64,000 bases of DNA from the human T2T-CHM13v2.0 reference genome, Homo sapiens, in assembly GCF_009914755.1 (NCBI RefSeq), contig NC_060938.1. The stretch is one strand, 5' to 3'. The position numbers were made by a program, and so were the translations under genes. The notes beneath the pieces are model-generated. The model was not told where the DNA came from, made no database searches, and saw only the letters and a list, made by a program, of their open reading frames with translations. This document shows, in pieces, positions 41,301 through 54,030 of this stretch. How positions within the stretch are numbered: position 1 is the first letter of the stretch; the number at the start of each line of letters is the position of its first letter.

Positions 41301-42674
41301 CTGCAAAAAAATGATAAGGGCAATTTTAAAAGACAATGGTAATAAGAGGAAAGAATTAAAACACTTACAGTTGGAGTAAACAGGCTTCAGTAACTAATTG
41401 AATTTGGAAACTAAAGTAGAGGTCAGTTCCAAATACCAGTGTGGAGTTCAGAAAATGCCTGTGACTTCACTGCATCAGGTACCAAAGCTTCCCTGCTACC
41501 TGTGCCCCAGTGACGTTTCACTGAAGTGCATACTACGTGTCCCTTTGTGTGGAGGATTTGAGAGTAAGGGGTAAGATAGACTCCTTAATTTTTGGTGTGC
41601 CCGTTCTCTGAATGTATATGTAATGTGTCTCTGCTGTGCATATCTAATTAGCCGTATATTCTCGTAGGGAAAAGAAAGTTTGGTGGGATCCCTTAAAATT
41701 TGATTACTTTTCCACTGAGAGGGAGAAAATAATAAACTTAATGGTGATTTTATCAATGTAAAATCATGTATTACAAAGCCAATTTTCAATACCCGTGTTT
41801 GTAGGCAGGGCCAAGGCCCAGGCTGTGTATTGCGAACTCTGGGGCCGCCATTCACAAAGCAGTCTCACCACTGACTGTGACCAATATTATAGTCTCAGTA
41901 AACCTATAACTATTTCAGGCATGAATCGCAGGACAGCAGCATCTTCTCCAGGAGAGTTGAGGGTTCAAGGGATGTCAGTCTTGCAATGGCAGGGCTGTGA
42001 ATCCCAGCCCTAGTGGGCCTGAATCAAGGCATTATAGTTCACTAAATTCTTCTCTGATTTTTATAAATTAGATGAAGAATGGGAAGTCAAGGGGTAAAGG
42101 TTGGGATTTGTGCATTTTGTGGCAGGCTCAGTAAAAATCCGAGAACTTGAGGAGATCATTATGTGGGATCCTTCCTGGAAAGTAGATGTGATTAAGCACA
42201 AATGTGGTTCCTGCTTTCAACGTTCTCTTAGGGCATTATATTGTTCCCACTTCATGACTTCTTTAATATGAAAAAGTACGCATGTTATTTATTGTTACTT
42301 TTCCAATATAAGGACCAGATAGGATATTTGTATTTTACCTTATTGAAGTTAACAAAACACAAAATGGTAGCAAATACTGTCTTCATAAGTCATAAAATTA
42401 ACTACTGGAATGACTTTCCCTTAGGTGCCAGATTTCTGAATGGAATGTTTTAATGCTTTAATTATTTGTTTACCCTCAGCAGAAAGGTTTAAGTTTCTTT
42501 CATTTTCTAAATAATGCTTACATAATTGTTATATAAAGTTGCAATATTGTTTTTGCAAACTCCATAGTAATAATGCTGCTTTACTCACCTCACAGGTGTT
42601 AAACAAGTTAAACCTAGTACATGGAAATTGTTAAGGTTTATGTTTGTATTCATTGTCAGCATATTATATTGAAC

Positions 42675-42678
<4 letters not shown>

Positions 42679-42711
<33 letters not shown>
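42679..42711 (+). repeat. (TG)16 microsatellite
   Basis: Direct reading. Confidence 0.97.
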
Positions 42712-42716
<5 letters not shown>

Positions 42717-44565
42717 ACTTTGTAAAATACATGCCATTACTAAGAACTATCATGTACTTATAATTGAAAGATAGTCTTTATTCATCACTCATTTTGGATC
42801 ATAAAAGTAAGTTTTGTGAGTTGGATAAGTATAATAAGTACCAACATGTTTGTACATAACTAATAGAGAAATTCATTTATTATTTAAACTAAGTATTGAG
42901 AGAATAAAAAGAATGTTCTGTAAGAAATGCTGTAAATTAAAGTAATGGTGGAAATATTGTATCCATGTGTCAATTTTTGCTTGGCCATATTAGGTAAACC
43001 CTCTTGTATCTATGTCATTGACCCCACATTATTTCTGGCCACAAATGAATTTTTATATTGCTTTTAGAACATTCAAACCCAAACCTGAAAGAGAATTCCA
43101 TGAGCATACTCTCTGAGGGGACTGAGTAAGAGCCTCCAAGAACATTCTAAGATTATGACCCCTGAGGTTCTCTGACTGGGAGTGGATCAGAAAAGGCTAG
43201 GTACGATGGTTGTATGATTGCCTGGTCTTCCTCAACATAAGTGGGGGAATGATTGTTTTTGCAAGGATCATTTATTAGTAAAATAACCCTCTTGTTCAGG
43301 ACACAAATGTGTCCTGTGCTAATAACCTTAGCAGAACAGTTTTGTTAAGGTATGTATTTTCTAAAAATGATAGAGAAGAAGGGAGCCCAAATGTAGTGAT
43401 TTTCTGTTTGTTAGTCAAAGTAATCAAAGATTTGTGTGGCTAAGATGGATAATGTTGTCAACCTCAGTGAGCTGTCAGATTTTGTTCATGTGGTTTTTCA
43501 TTTCCTCAACACCTTTAACCATGGAATACAGGGTAGAATTATGCCTCAAATAAAAGAAGAACCTGTGTTTTACAGAGGCTGTTAAGGATCAGATTTAGAA
43601 GAAAGTCAGGTCAAGATTTGCTTTTAAATTTCTACGTTTCTTCTGTTAATCACACTTTGAAGATTGGTAAAGGGCATATCCTAGAATCATGATTAGTTGG
43701 TCCATATAGTCTTTTGGTCCTGCAGAGTTGTTTTTAGACAAATGAGAACATATAGGTTCTCTATCTACCAGAAGTTTTTTTTAAAAAAAAATCAGGTTGA
43801 TGTAATAAAGAAAACAAAACAAATAGTATCTTATTTATGTATTTGTTACTGTTTCAGTATTGCTAGCTACAGCATCTCTGGTCTCTGAGACCCAGCCAAT
43901 TGTAGAAGACCGAGTAGAAGATTCTGCTGGGGAAAATATGCTGGATTTATAGGCAAAAGGAGCTCTTTATAACAATGTTGGGGTGTGTCGGGGCGGGGGG
44001 GGGAGTAGAGAATGCCAAATCTGCTGATAGACACCTTCTTTAATCTCATATGCCAGAAGAAAATGAAAGATTGACTAGTACAATTCCAACATCTGGGCAA
44101 AGTAAAGTGAAAATACCTAAAACAGCTCAAAAGCTAACACAAAGATACAAATTATCATTTATTAAGATGCTGCCTAGCCAAGTCAACATGCCTTTTACAT
44201 TTGATGGTAGTGTTTTCAAAAGACCTCTGTGAAACAGTGATATCTTCAAGTCTATTTTCTACTTTATTGTTGAGTTAAAATTTCACCTTTATTTTATTGA
44301 AATGTGTAGATATACATAAAATGATCATCTCTAGGAAGTTGCATCTTCTTATTCCTGATGGCTCTTTTTGCTAAAGTGGTATCCTGCTGGACATCAGTGC
44401 TAACGTAAAATAAGGTGATTTCAAATAATAGGAGCATTTTGAATTAATTCCTTTAGCTGTGAGAGAGGAAGGGGAGAAAGTTGAGTGACCCTGTAGTGTC
44501 TCTATGATCCAGAATGGTAAGAAAATGTAAAACTAAATATAGAAAGAGAGAAAGTTAGTGAATAT

Positions 44566-44820
44566 ATTTGCATATGCAAATTAGCTTAATTGATACTGCT
44601 TGCCTCTACAGGGATTTTTCATTACAAACTGGAGTGCTACATTGTTCAGCTCATATTGAGTAATTTAGTAACTAATGAGACCAGTTTGCACTAATTTGCA
44701 TATGATAAATGAGCTTAATTGCAGTAAATAACTTGGAGGCATAATTACTTAATTTTCCTGTGTTGCACGGCTTTTAAGTTCACGTATGAACAACTCAAGA
44801 TAATTTTGCATATTTAAATT
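44566..44820. promoter_or_regulatory. Candidate POU/homeodomain enhancer module
   Basis: ATTTGCATATGCAAAT palindrome, second ATTTGCAT at 44694, TTTGCAT near 44805, several TAATT cores. Confidence 0.5.
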
Positions 44821-45949
44821 AGTTGCTTTTAAATTTTCTTGAACAAAAAAGAGGAACACACCTTATCAATTGAGCTATAAAACAATCAAAAGTAGGGATT
44901 GCAGTATTTTTATTTAAAAAGAAAGAATGAAAAAGAAAAGTAGAAATTTTAAGTCTGTTGTTCACCTCTCCTATGTCCTCACCTCAAATAAGATATCAGC
45001 ATTGGCATTTAGGAAAATGTTTTTAAAGTTGAACATTAACTCACAATTTCTATTAGTAGATTGCCTAGGTTTAAACTAAAATATGTATATGAATGAATCG
45101 TAAGTTTGGGAATAGGGTTTATAAAAGAGATGTGACATGTCCATTATGTAATTTAGCAAACTAACATCAGAGTAGTCAATTGGGTCTACTGGCAATGTGC
45201 ATTTCACCTAAGTTGCTGGGCTTTAATGACGTAAGCATCACTCTGACCCTGGCATTTATTTTCTGTTGAGATTAATGTTTCATACTTACGGAATTGGTTT
45301 CACTGGAGAATCTTATTGTGGTTTGCCAAGAATTATCTCACTGGTCTTCAAATTATCTCAAGAATGCATGTTTTACCAAAATCTCCATTCTCAAAACAGA
45401 CACACAGGATCAAACAGAGGTTGATTGTAAACCGTTATTTCCCTATATTGTACTGCCTTTGGATGTTAATCCTAAGGGGAAAAGTATAATTTCTTATTCA
45501 AAATTAACTTATTAGGCCATATAAAAATCATATTCATGATTTTGAGGAAATATTATATAGTTGTAAAAAAAAGTTTAACATCTTTTATTTAAACAATTAA
45601 TGCTGCTTTAACTCATTATATATAAAAACTGATGGGCACATTAGGGCTATTACTTTGTCACAATCTGAAAAAATAGCTCATCAAACTTTTCTCTGAAAAG
45701 CTCAAATTCTACTAAATTCAGTATATGCTTTTTTTTCCCAGAGGTGAGCCAGAACAAGTACTAATGCCAGTATATTCAGAGTGTAAAATTTGAGTCCTTC
45801 GTTCAATAGGTTGTCAGGAAATACCTGGTAAATAAAAAAATGAACAAAGAAATCTTACCTGGCAAGGTCACAGTTAACCTCAGAGCCAGGGCCTTGTCTC
45901 AGCTCCGTGTTAGAAGCTTAGTTTGTATCCACATCTCCAGACATGGGAG

Positions 45950-46220
45950 AGTATATGACAGATTCATTATGTGCGTGGATTTGGGCATCCAGCCAACATG
46001 AGTTTATATCCCCAGTTGTTCATTTATTAACTGTGTGCACCTACAATGGTCTCTTGCCCTCTCTAAGCCTTAGTTTTTTCATCTTTAAAATGGAGAAAAT
46101 AGTAGTGAAAGTTTTCCTGGCTGGCAGATTGTGAGGACTGAACAAAATAGTTTAGTTGAAAGTGCTTGATACAGAACTTGACATGTAGAACACATTTGAG
46201 AAACATCTGCTAGTATTTCT
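45950..46220 (+). mobile_element. MIR SINE
   Basis: ctctctaagccttagttttttcatctttaaaatggaga. Confidence 0.8.
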
Positions 46221-47299
46221 GTTCATGTGTTAGGTAGTCCAGAATAATGTGCGAGTTTTTAAGAAAAATCCTGATGCTTATCAGAAACTTTATTACTTCA
46301 GGAATATAAGAACATTATCAATAAAATTCTCTCAGGTTCAAAACAAGATAAATATTCTTTATTGAACATGACATAAATTGCTTACATTGATGTATCCATT
46401 TGATAGTTCAGGTTTAGTTCAGAGTAAAAAATTTTATATTTGGTGATAACAATGTATTTTTACCTTGAGAATGAAAATTCTTCTCTTAAAAACCAAAGAA
46501 GTTGTCATAATACTCTCATTGGCAACTTAGAAGAAACTGAAAAAGAGAGAGTTTATAAAGGGACTCCAGAATCAAAGTCTCCTTTGGACTAAAGTGTGAC
46601 ATGCCATTACTCTCCTTATCTTATTACGTGACCTCCTCAACTTGCTCAGAAAAAAAATGAGGATAAACACCCAATCAGAAATCCAGAAGAGCTAGAAGGT
46701 AGAACCAGCCATCGACCATTGCTATAAATTATGCTGGTGAAACGGTTTAATGCACATATGCTTCTCCTTGTGCACATTGCACGAAATCCATCATCTGCCA
46801 GGCCAAAAAGTTCACCCTTCCATGTCAGGGTCAGAAGGGAGAACTTCTCAGAAGGATGTTCATAATGATGTCTGTATATGGCAGATACGTATCCACGGGG
46901 ATTTTTGTTTACCTTGCTAACTTTGATTTGCAGAATAAACATATGTCATCATTCACTGAGAAAGAGTGAGAGAAGTGTGAGTGAGGGGAAGGAAGCAGTT
47001 TGAGGTAACATTTTGGAGGAAAGCCATGGTATTTGGCCACTTGACTGAAACTAGTGCAATAGTAAATGGGGACTTTCTAGTTGCAAAATGAATTACCTCA
47101 AGTGGCCAGGTTCTAGAAAAGTGAAACAGTAATCTGAAAGTACTAAGCTTCAGTTCAGTAAATATTTACTCCATGCCTAATTTGCATCAGGGACTGCAGA
47201 AAATACTGAGATATGGATAATGAGTGATGATTTTGCCTCTCAGCATTCCCACTATGAGTAGAGAAGAGCAATAAGAAAACAGACCAACATAGTTCAATG

Positions 47300-47560
47300 T
47301 AACATAGGCTAGTGGCTTTTGGATCACTTATTCCTGGATTTGAATATCTGCACTTGGTTATATGGACTTGGCAATTTATTTGAACTGTCTGAGCCTCAGT
47401 TTTCTCAACCCCAAATGGAGATAGTAGCAAGTCTTACCTCAAACAGTGTTAGAATTAGATGAGATACTACACAAAGGTGCCTAGTTTAGATGAGACACTG
47501 TACACAGTATTAGCTGAGATACAACACAGACAGCTCAGTGAGCACTCAAGAAAAGTTGGC
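47300..47560 (+). mobile_element. MIR SINE
   Basis: tctgagcctcagttttctca...aaatggagatagtag. Confidence 0.8.
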
Positions 47561-47706
47561 TGTCACAGAGGCTGAACCCTAGAAGCAACAGGAGGGAATC
47601 AGATCACCCAGCCTGGAGCAAGTCACTTCCTGTGATCACACACACACAGTTCACCTCCTTCACTCATCACACCCACACACATATTCCCTTTTTAAGTTTG
47701 GTGTTC

Positions 47707-47952
47707 CCTGAGGTCAGGAGTTCAAGACCAGCCTGACCAACATGGCGAAACCCTATCTCTGCTAAAAATACAAAAATTAGCTGGGTATGGTGGCACGTGC
47801 TTGTAATCCCAGCCACTCGGGAGGCTGAGGTAGGAGAATCACTTGAACCCCGGAGGTAGAGACTGCAGTGAGCCAGGAGCGTGCCAGTGCACTCCAGTCC
47901 GGGAGACAGAGCAAGACTCCACCTCAAAAAAAATAAATAAAATAAAAAATAA
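47707..47952 (+). mobile_element. 5'-truncated AluS
   Basis: Begins at cctgaggtcaggag; flanked by aagtttggtgtt / aatttggtgtt. Confidence 0.95.
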
Positions 47953-48202
47953 ATTTGGTGTTTATGTGGAAGTCCCCTGAGGGTCTTCACTTCTCAATGA
48001 CTCACGCCTTCTCTTAGCATAGTCAGAAATGGGGGAGGAGAAAAACCCAGTGATTTCATTATGATCAGGCAGAATTTGTTTGGGGCATGCTGACATAAAG
48101 ATTGTTTGCAAGGTATGGGAACATATCTGTGATTCTTTCTCAGGCGCTAAGAATGGCCAAATTATTTGGAGATTAATGTGGAACAGAAAGACGGTTATAC
48201 TA

Positions 48203-48631
48203 CATGTTGAGCACCTCTAATCTGAAAATCCAAAATCCGAAATGCTTCAAAGATGAAACTTTTTGAGCACTGACATGACCGCGAGTGGAAAATTCCACAC
48301 GTGACCTCATGTAATGGGACACAGTCAAAATAAAGTCAAAACTTTTTGTGCACACAATTATTAAAAACTGTGTAAGATTATCCTCAGGTTGTAAGTATAA
48401 GGTATATGTGAAATATAAATGAATTTTATGTTTAGACTTGGGTCTCATCTCCAAAATATATAATTATGTATATGCAAATACTCCTCTCACTTCTGGTCCC
48501 AAGCTTTTTTTTTTTCTTCAAGTTGCTATTTTACCAAGTTTTTTGGTAAAACTTCAAAACACTTCTGGTTCCAAGCTTTTTTCCTGAGTTGCTATTTTAC
48601 CAAGCTTTATGGATAAGGGATATTCAACCTG
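48203..48631 (+). mobile_element. Tigger4/MER46-family MITE with TA target duplication
   Basis: TA|catgttgagcacctctaatctgaaaatcc...ggataagggatattcaacctg|TA terminal inverted repeats. Confidence 0.85.
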
Positions 48632-49262
48632 TATCAATTTTCAAAGTTGACAGACAATCATAAGGTTACATGTCAAATAGTAATAGTAAAAACTTTCTTA
48701 TTGTGTAGGTTTTTATACCTCTCTGGTAATGTGTGTAAATATCTGCAAATCTTTGCCAGATTACTGTGTTCTTCTTGGCTTTAGAGTAGCCCTTGGTGGT
48801 AGCAGACATCACATTTTTGTTACCGGCATCAGCTAGGAATGACGTGGAATAGGGTGACACCAGCTGACTATCATTTATCTTGGACCCAAAACTCAGTCAG
48901 TATGGCCAGTGTTCCTCTCCCATCTCAGTCTCTAGAACTTTGCAAGCCTTTTAGACTCATTTTAGGCTTGAGGAAAGATTGTGAATGGGTGGGTGGGTGA
49001 TAATGTGCATCGTTTCTCAAACTAAGTTGATTGCAGACACCAATGAGATGAGCATCCTGGACTAGTAGTAGTCTGTGGAACACACGTGAGGAAAGTGGCT
49101 TAGAAGAATCAAATCAAAATTATTTTGAGAAAAGATCTCTAAATACAATAAGAGCCAAATTGAACACATAATTCAACAATTATATTATAATGTCACATCT
49201 GTATTCTACTTCACTAGCTTTTTAAAGACAAAGATTATTACAGAAGAATCTTAAGTAGTTAT

Positions 49263-49267
<5 letters not shown>

Positions 49268-49297
<30 letters not shown>
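49268..49297 (+). repeat. (GT)15 microsatellite
   Basis: Direct reading. Confidence 0.97.
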
Positions 49298-49301
<4 letters not shown>

Positions 49302-52096
49302 ACCTCTTTAAGCTGCACAAAGTGGGGGGGAAAAAGAAAATGTTGAAAATAAAAAAAATACAGATAAGCAAAGAGAAGAAAATAAAAATTAGGTATCTGA
49401 CTTTTTGTAGATCAACCAAAATAAAATTCTGACTCTTGTCTCTTGAAAACAGTTGTGGAAGGAACAGCTGATTTTAAGAGGTAACTTCCAGTGTACTTCA
49501 TGGCTGATACATGTTTATGAATGGTTTTCTTCTTCTGAGCCTGGCCTGGGTAATACTATATTCATTAAAGAACACAGAAAACCAAGACCTGTGGGCACCA
49601 AGCAACAAGAAAGGCACTGTAGGGATCCTGCTTGGGGGAGGAGGGGTGCAGGGTATAGGACTCGCTACTATCTTCTGTCATTTCTGAACTGTAGCCATGC
49701 ACCTGTGGGCAGACCCAGGAGCTGGGTCAGATGCCCTAGTCACCTAGTCTCCAGCTGTTTTTTAATAGCTGTTTTTTAATTCCTTGTGAATATCACTTCT
49801 CAGACATTTGCCAGTTTGGGATCTGATGATTTATGATTGCAAGGTAAGTAATCCACGGGACAGTGTTATTTTGTGACAGTGCAGTAGAACCGTGTCTAAG
49901 AAAAGAAAATGTCATGCCATTTTGCTTTATGTTTATTGTGTATTTGGGAAAAATAAACATTTGGGAGAATTAGTGAAATTATTATAAAATTTGTTGTTCT
50001 GGATGAATAAAATGTGTAACTAATGATTGGACTGCCCTCACAGAGGAGCCTCGTTGAATTCCCATGAGGCTAGGTAACTGCTACAGGAATTGTCAGGTCG
50101 GAGCAGCTCTTTCCCTCAATTCTAAAGATATAAAAAATGCAGGTGACCCTTTAGGCCGCCACAAAAATGCCCTCTGAAGTAATCTACTCTTTTACTTCAT
50201 TTTAGGTTGATACAATGTTTTAGTAAATTTCATCTGGTATAGAGATTAGACCAAGGGTAGAATTGACCTAAAGAAACAGAAAATTCTTTTTTTTTTTTTG
50301 TAAGTGGGAAGTCTGCAAGTTCTACATAAATACAAAGGCAAATGATAATATCAATGACTATTTTAATTGCATCTTTAATCCATAAGGATAGTTCAATGAC
50401 ATTTTAAATTATACTTTTAGAATTGTAGTCACATAGGAGATAAAACTCAGTAACTATTTAATAATGCATAGTAAGATCAACTGTATCCTCTCTTGAGATC
50501 ACATTTAGGTGGACTGAATGTAAAAGCCCAATCCAGCATTTAGACAGCATTTAATCTTCCGGAAGATATTGTTACGTCTTTCTAAATATAAAGTACCCAG
50601 GCCTGGTACTTTCAGTTGGTACCTATTATCTCTGCTCAATGATTAGTTTCACTGGATTCACAGCTAAGCTGTATTATTTTTTAACTAGGAATTGGATTGC
50701 TGTGGATCAAACTATTTTCAATATTGGAAGGTTACTAATCAGTTTGGGGAATTTATATGACTGATTGGTAACTAATTGCTATCATTTAACCTGGCTTTAC
50801 CTGGAGACTACATATAGTTAGGTTGTTTTTGGTGGGGGAAAAAGTAGTAAAGGGATTTGCTTAAGGTCCCATGGCTATTAGTAACTAGCTAGCACAGCTG
50901 GGATTCGAACCCTGAGGTGGAAGTGAGAGAGTGACAGAGAAAAGAATTATAAGGGAAATATTAGGTATTAAATTATTTTACAATGGAAGTTTTTCAAGTG
51001 ACATACTTTAAGCTGTGGTTTCAATGGAAACAAGAGGACATGCGCTTTTGTTTAATAAAGAAATATTTGCCCTGAGCAGAAGACAACATTTTAAAGCTTG
51101 TCATTTCATTCCTGGGAAAGTATTTGAGGAAAATGACATGGCTCAGCCCTGTTTGCTGACCATTTTGTTGTCTCCTGCTGAGACTTGCCATTTCCATAGC
51201 CGGTGGGCTGTATTGAATCAGACAGAAGCAATAGGTCATTAACAGACATGGAGACTTGGGGCAGCCTGCAGAGACTGAAAGAGGGGAAAATCATTTGGGG
51301 CCACATCAACAAAACTGCATTTAATAGAATCTCATGCAGCTATGTTTGGGAGGGGGGCAGTTAGCCTGATTTTCAGAGAAACTTAAGAAGCTTTAGAAAG
51401 CACAAAGTCATTTTCCCCCCAAAGAATGTCATGCCTAACATGAAAACAGAGGTCGGGGAGGGTACTCACTTCTACATGCTGCATTTTCTCCTGCTGAAAA
51501 ATAACTGCTTACAATTCATTGCATTGAAAAAAAAAATCCAGGTTTTATTTTCTTACTGACACCTCCCGTTAACCTTGAGACCTTTAACTCACAACATTAA
51601 TCCAAAAAGAGATTATATTATTTCAATCGATACCTAAATTATTAGATTGGGTTTCCATGATCTTTGGAGATCCTTCTGGATTATTGTAATTGATAGGTAG
51701 GGCTGGGGGGACAAGTTTTTTTCACTGAGATTGCTACACATTATTTTGGCATTTATGAGATTATTCATTTTAGAAAGTATATATAACCAGCCTCCTCTGA
51801 AATGCAGACCAGTTTAGCTAGGGCGGGAAAAATACAGACCCTGTTTATTGGCAGTAAACAAGCATTTATAGCTTGTTATATATAAGGCTCATCAAATGCA
51901 GCTTTGGGGAATATGTAGATATTGTTCCTTCCCTCAAGAACTGTATTAATGAAATGTTGTATCCTTACCTGGGATAAAAGGTGCAGGTGTAGAGACAGGA
52001 CCTAAAATTCCAATAATTGCATTTACAATTAAGTAAAATTTAGCAAACAGAATATCATTTTCACATTATCCTGTCACTTATATTTTTAAAAATTCC

Positions 52097-52399
<303 letters not shown>

Positions 52400-52479
52400 T
52401 CACCTTTTAGATATACATGCATGCACCCATGTGTGGTTTTTTGTGAAAAAATTTCAAAATGGTTTCATGTATGTCTTAG

Positions 52480-52600
52480 TTTTCCTGTTAGATTGTAAGC
52501 AACTTGAAGATGGCTGTCATGTCTTGTTCATCTTCGTGTCTTCCACAGTTTGGTGGTCTTAGTAGGTGCTCAGTGCCTTTGTAGAATTGACTTAAATTTG
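52480..52600 (+). mobile_element. L2 3' end
   Basis: tagattgtaagcaacttgaag...tagtaggtgctcagt. Confidence 0.7.
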
Positions 52601-53733
52601 TGCAGATAATGCATATAACTTCCAACTGATTGATGGTTAATTGTCCCTTTTGTTTTGGGCAGCATTATTAAAAAGTCAGTGATAGTAACTGATTTCAGGG
52701 TGCATTCTTATCACTTGAAGAAGACATTTACATGCTGGGCTCCTAGTAGGGTTAATGCATTATGCACCTAAGTCCCCATGCACCAATTCGAGAATGTCCT
52801 TCTCAGCCAAGGGGTCATTAAAGAAAACACAGTCACATTATAATGTCATTTGCCCCTTAATTTTCTGATTACTTACATTTGGTTTGGTCCTAATTATGAA
52901 TACCTTTAATTGCTTTATCACAGTGATGATTAACTGTGCCCAAGTCAAACCCCTTTGAAAGAGAGGACAATTCCTTTTAAAGGCTTTGCATGAATGCACC
53001 TAGGAGGAATATTAAACAAAAGAATAGAGATTTTCCAGCTTCCGGAAGTCTGGTCAGCCTTCTAACATTTCTAGTGAATGTCTTCCGAAAAAAATCCCAG
53101 GAGTAGTTTTCATCTTTGTGTTTTCCAGAACTGGAAAACCTCAGTCCTCTAAAATCTCGAGCATGTTATAATCTGCCGCTATATTTGCATGAATTATTCT
53201 GCCAGGAGACACTATTAGAAATAATAATATACATGCCAGCTGTTCTCTAGAGTATAAAAAATATAAAAATAAAAAACTTTGAAATCCGCATGATATTCCT
53301 GAAGGAGTACATGGCTGTGTTTGGCTTTGTTGTTTTCCATTTATGTGTTTAAAGTAGCAATGATTGAAATTTGTCATGTTTTATAAATTAAAAAGTTTAA
53401 AACACCAATTAGAAATGATGTCTTGCTGAAGTTAAAAAGAAGCAATCAGCTTCATTTTAAGCAATATTTAATAGCTAATAAAGGAGGGTCCGTTTTATTT
53501 TAAAATGAAGGCAACAACCTTAGGATATAAAAGAAATAAAACCCTGAGATTTTGTATTTAAATTCTGTATTTTAATTCAGTTTCTATAAAATGGACGGAT
53601 TTTGAGATTTTAGTTTATTTTAAGATTAAATCATTTTAAAGTATTCACACAGTATTATTTTAATGTTTCTGTGTGTGTGTGTGTTTTTAATGTTTCTGTG
53701 TTTTTTTAAAAAAAAAAAACAAATACCATTGAA

Positions 53734-54030
53734 GGCCAGGTGCAGTGGCTCACACCTGTAATCCTAGCAGTTTGGGAAGCCGAGGTGGGTGGATCACCTG
53801 AAGTCAGGAGTTCAAGATCAGCCTGGCCAACATGGTGAAACCCCATCTCTACTAAAAGTACAAAATTAGCTGGGCATGGTGGCACATGCCTGTAATCCCA
53901 ACTACTTGGGAGCCTGAGGCAGGAGAATCACTTGAACCCGGGGAGGTGGAGGTTGCAGTGGGCCGAGATCGCTCTATCCCACTCCAGCCTGGGCAACAAG
54001 AGCAGAACTCCGTCTCAAAAACCAAACAAA
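53734..54030 (+). mobile_element. AluS
   Basis: Full dimeric Alu consensus. Confidence 0.96.

Noticed and set aside
50850-50915. tRNA-like B box (GGGTTCGAATCCC on the - strand)
   Set aside because: Sits in a MIR 5' fragment (tRNA-derived SINE); no cloverleaf.
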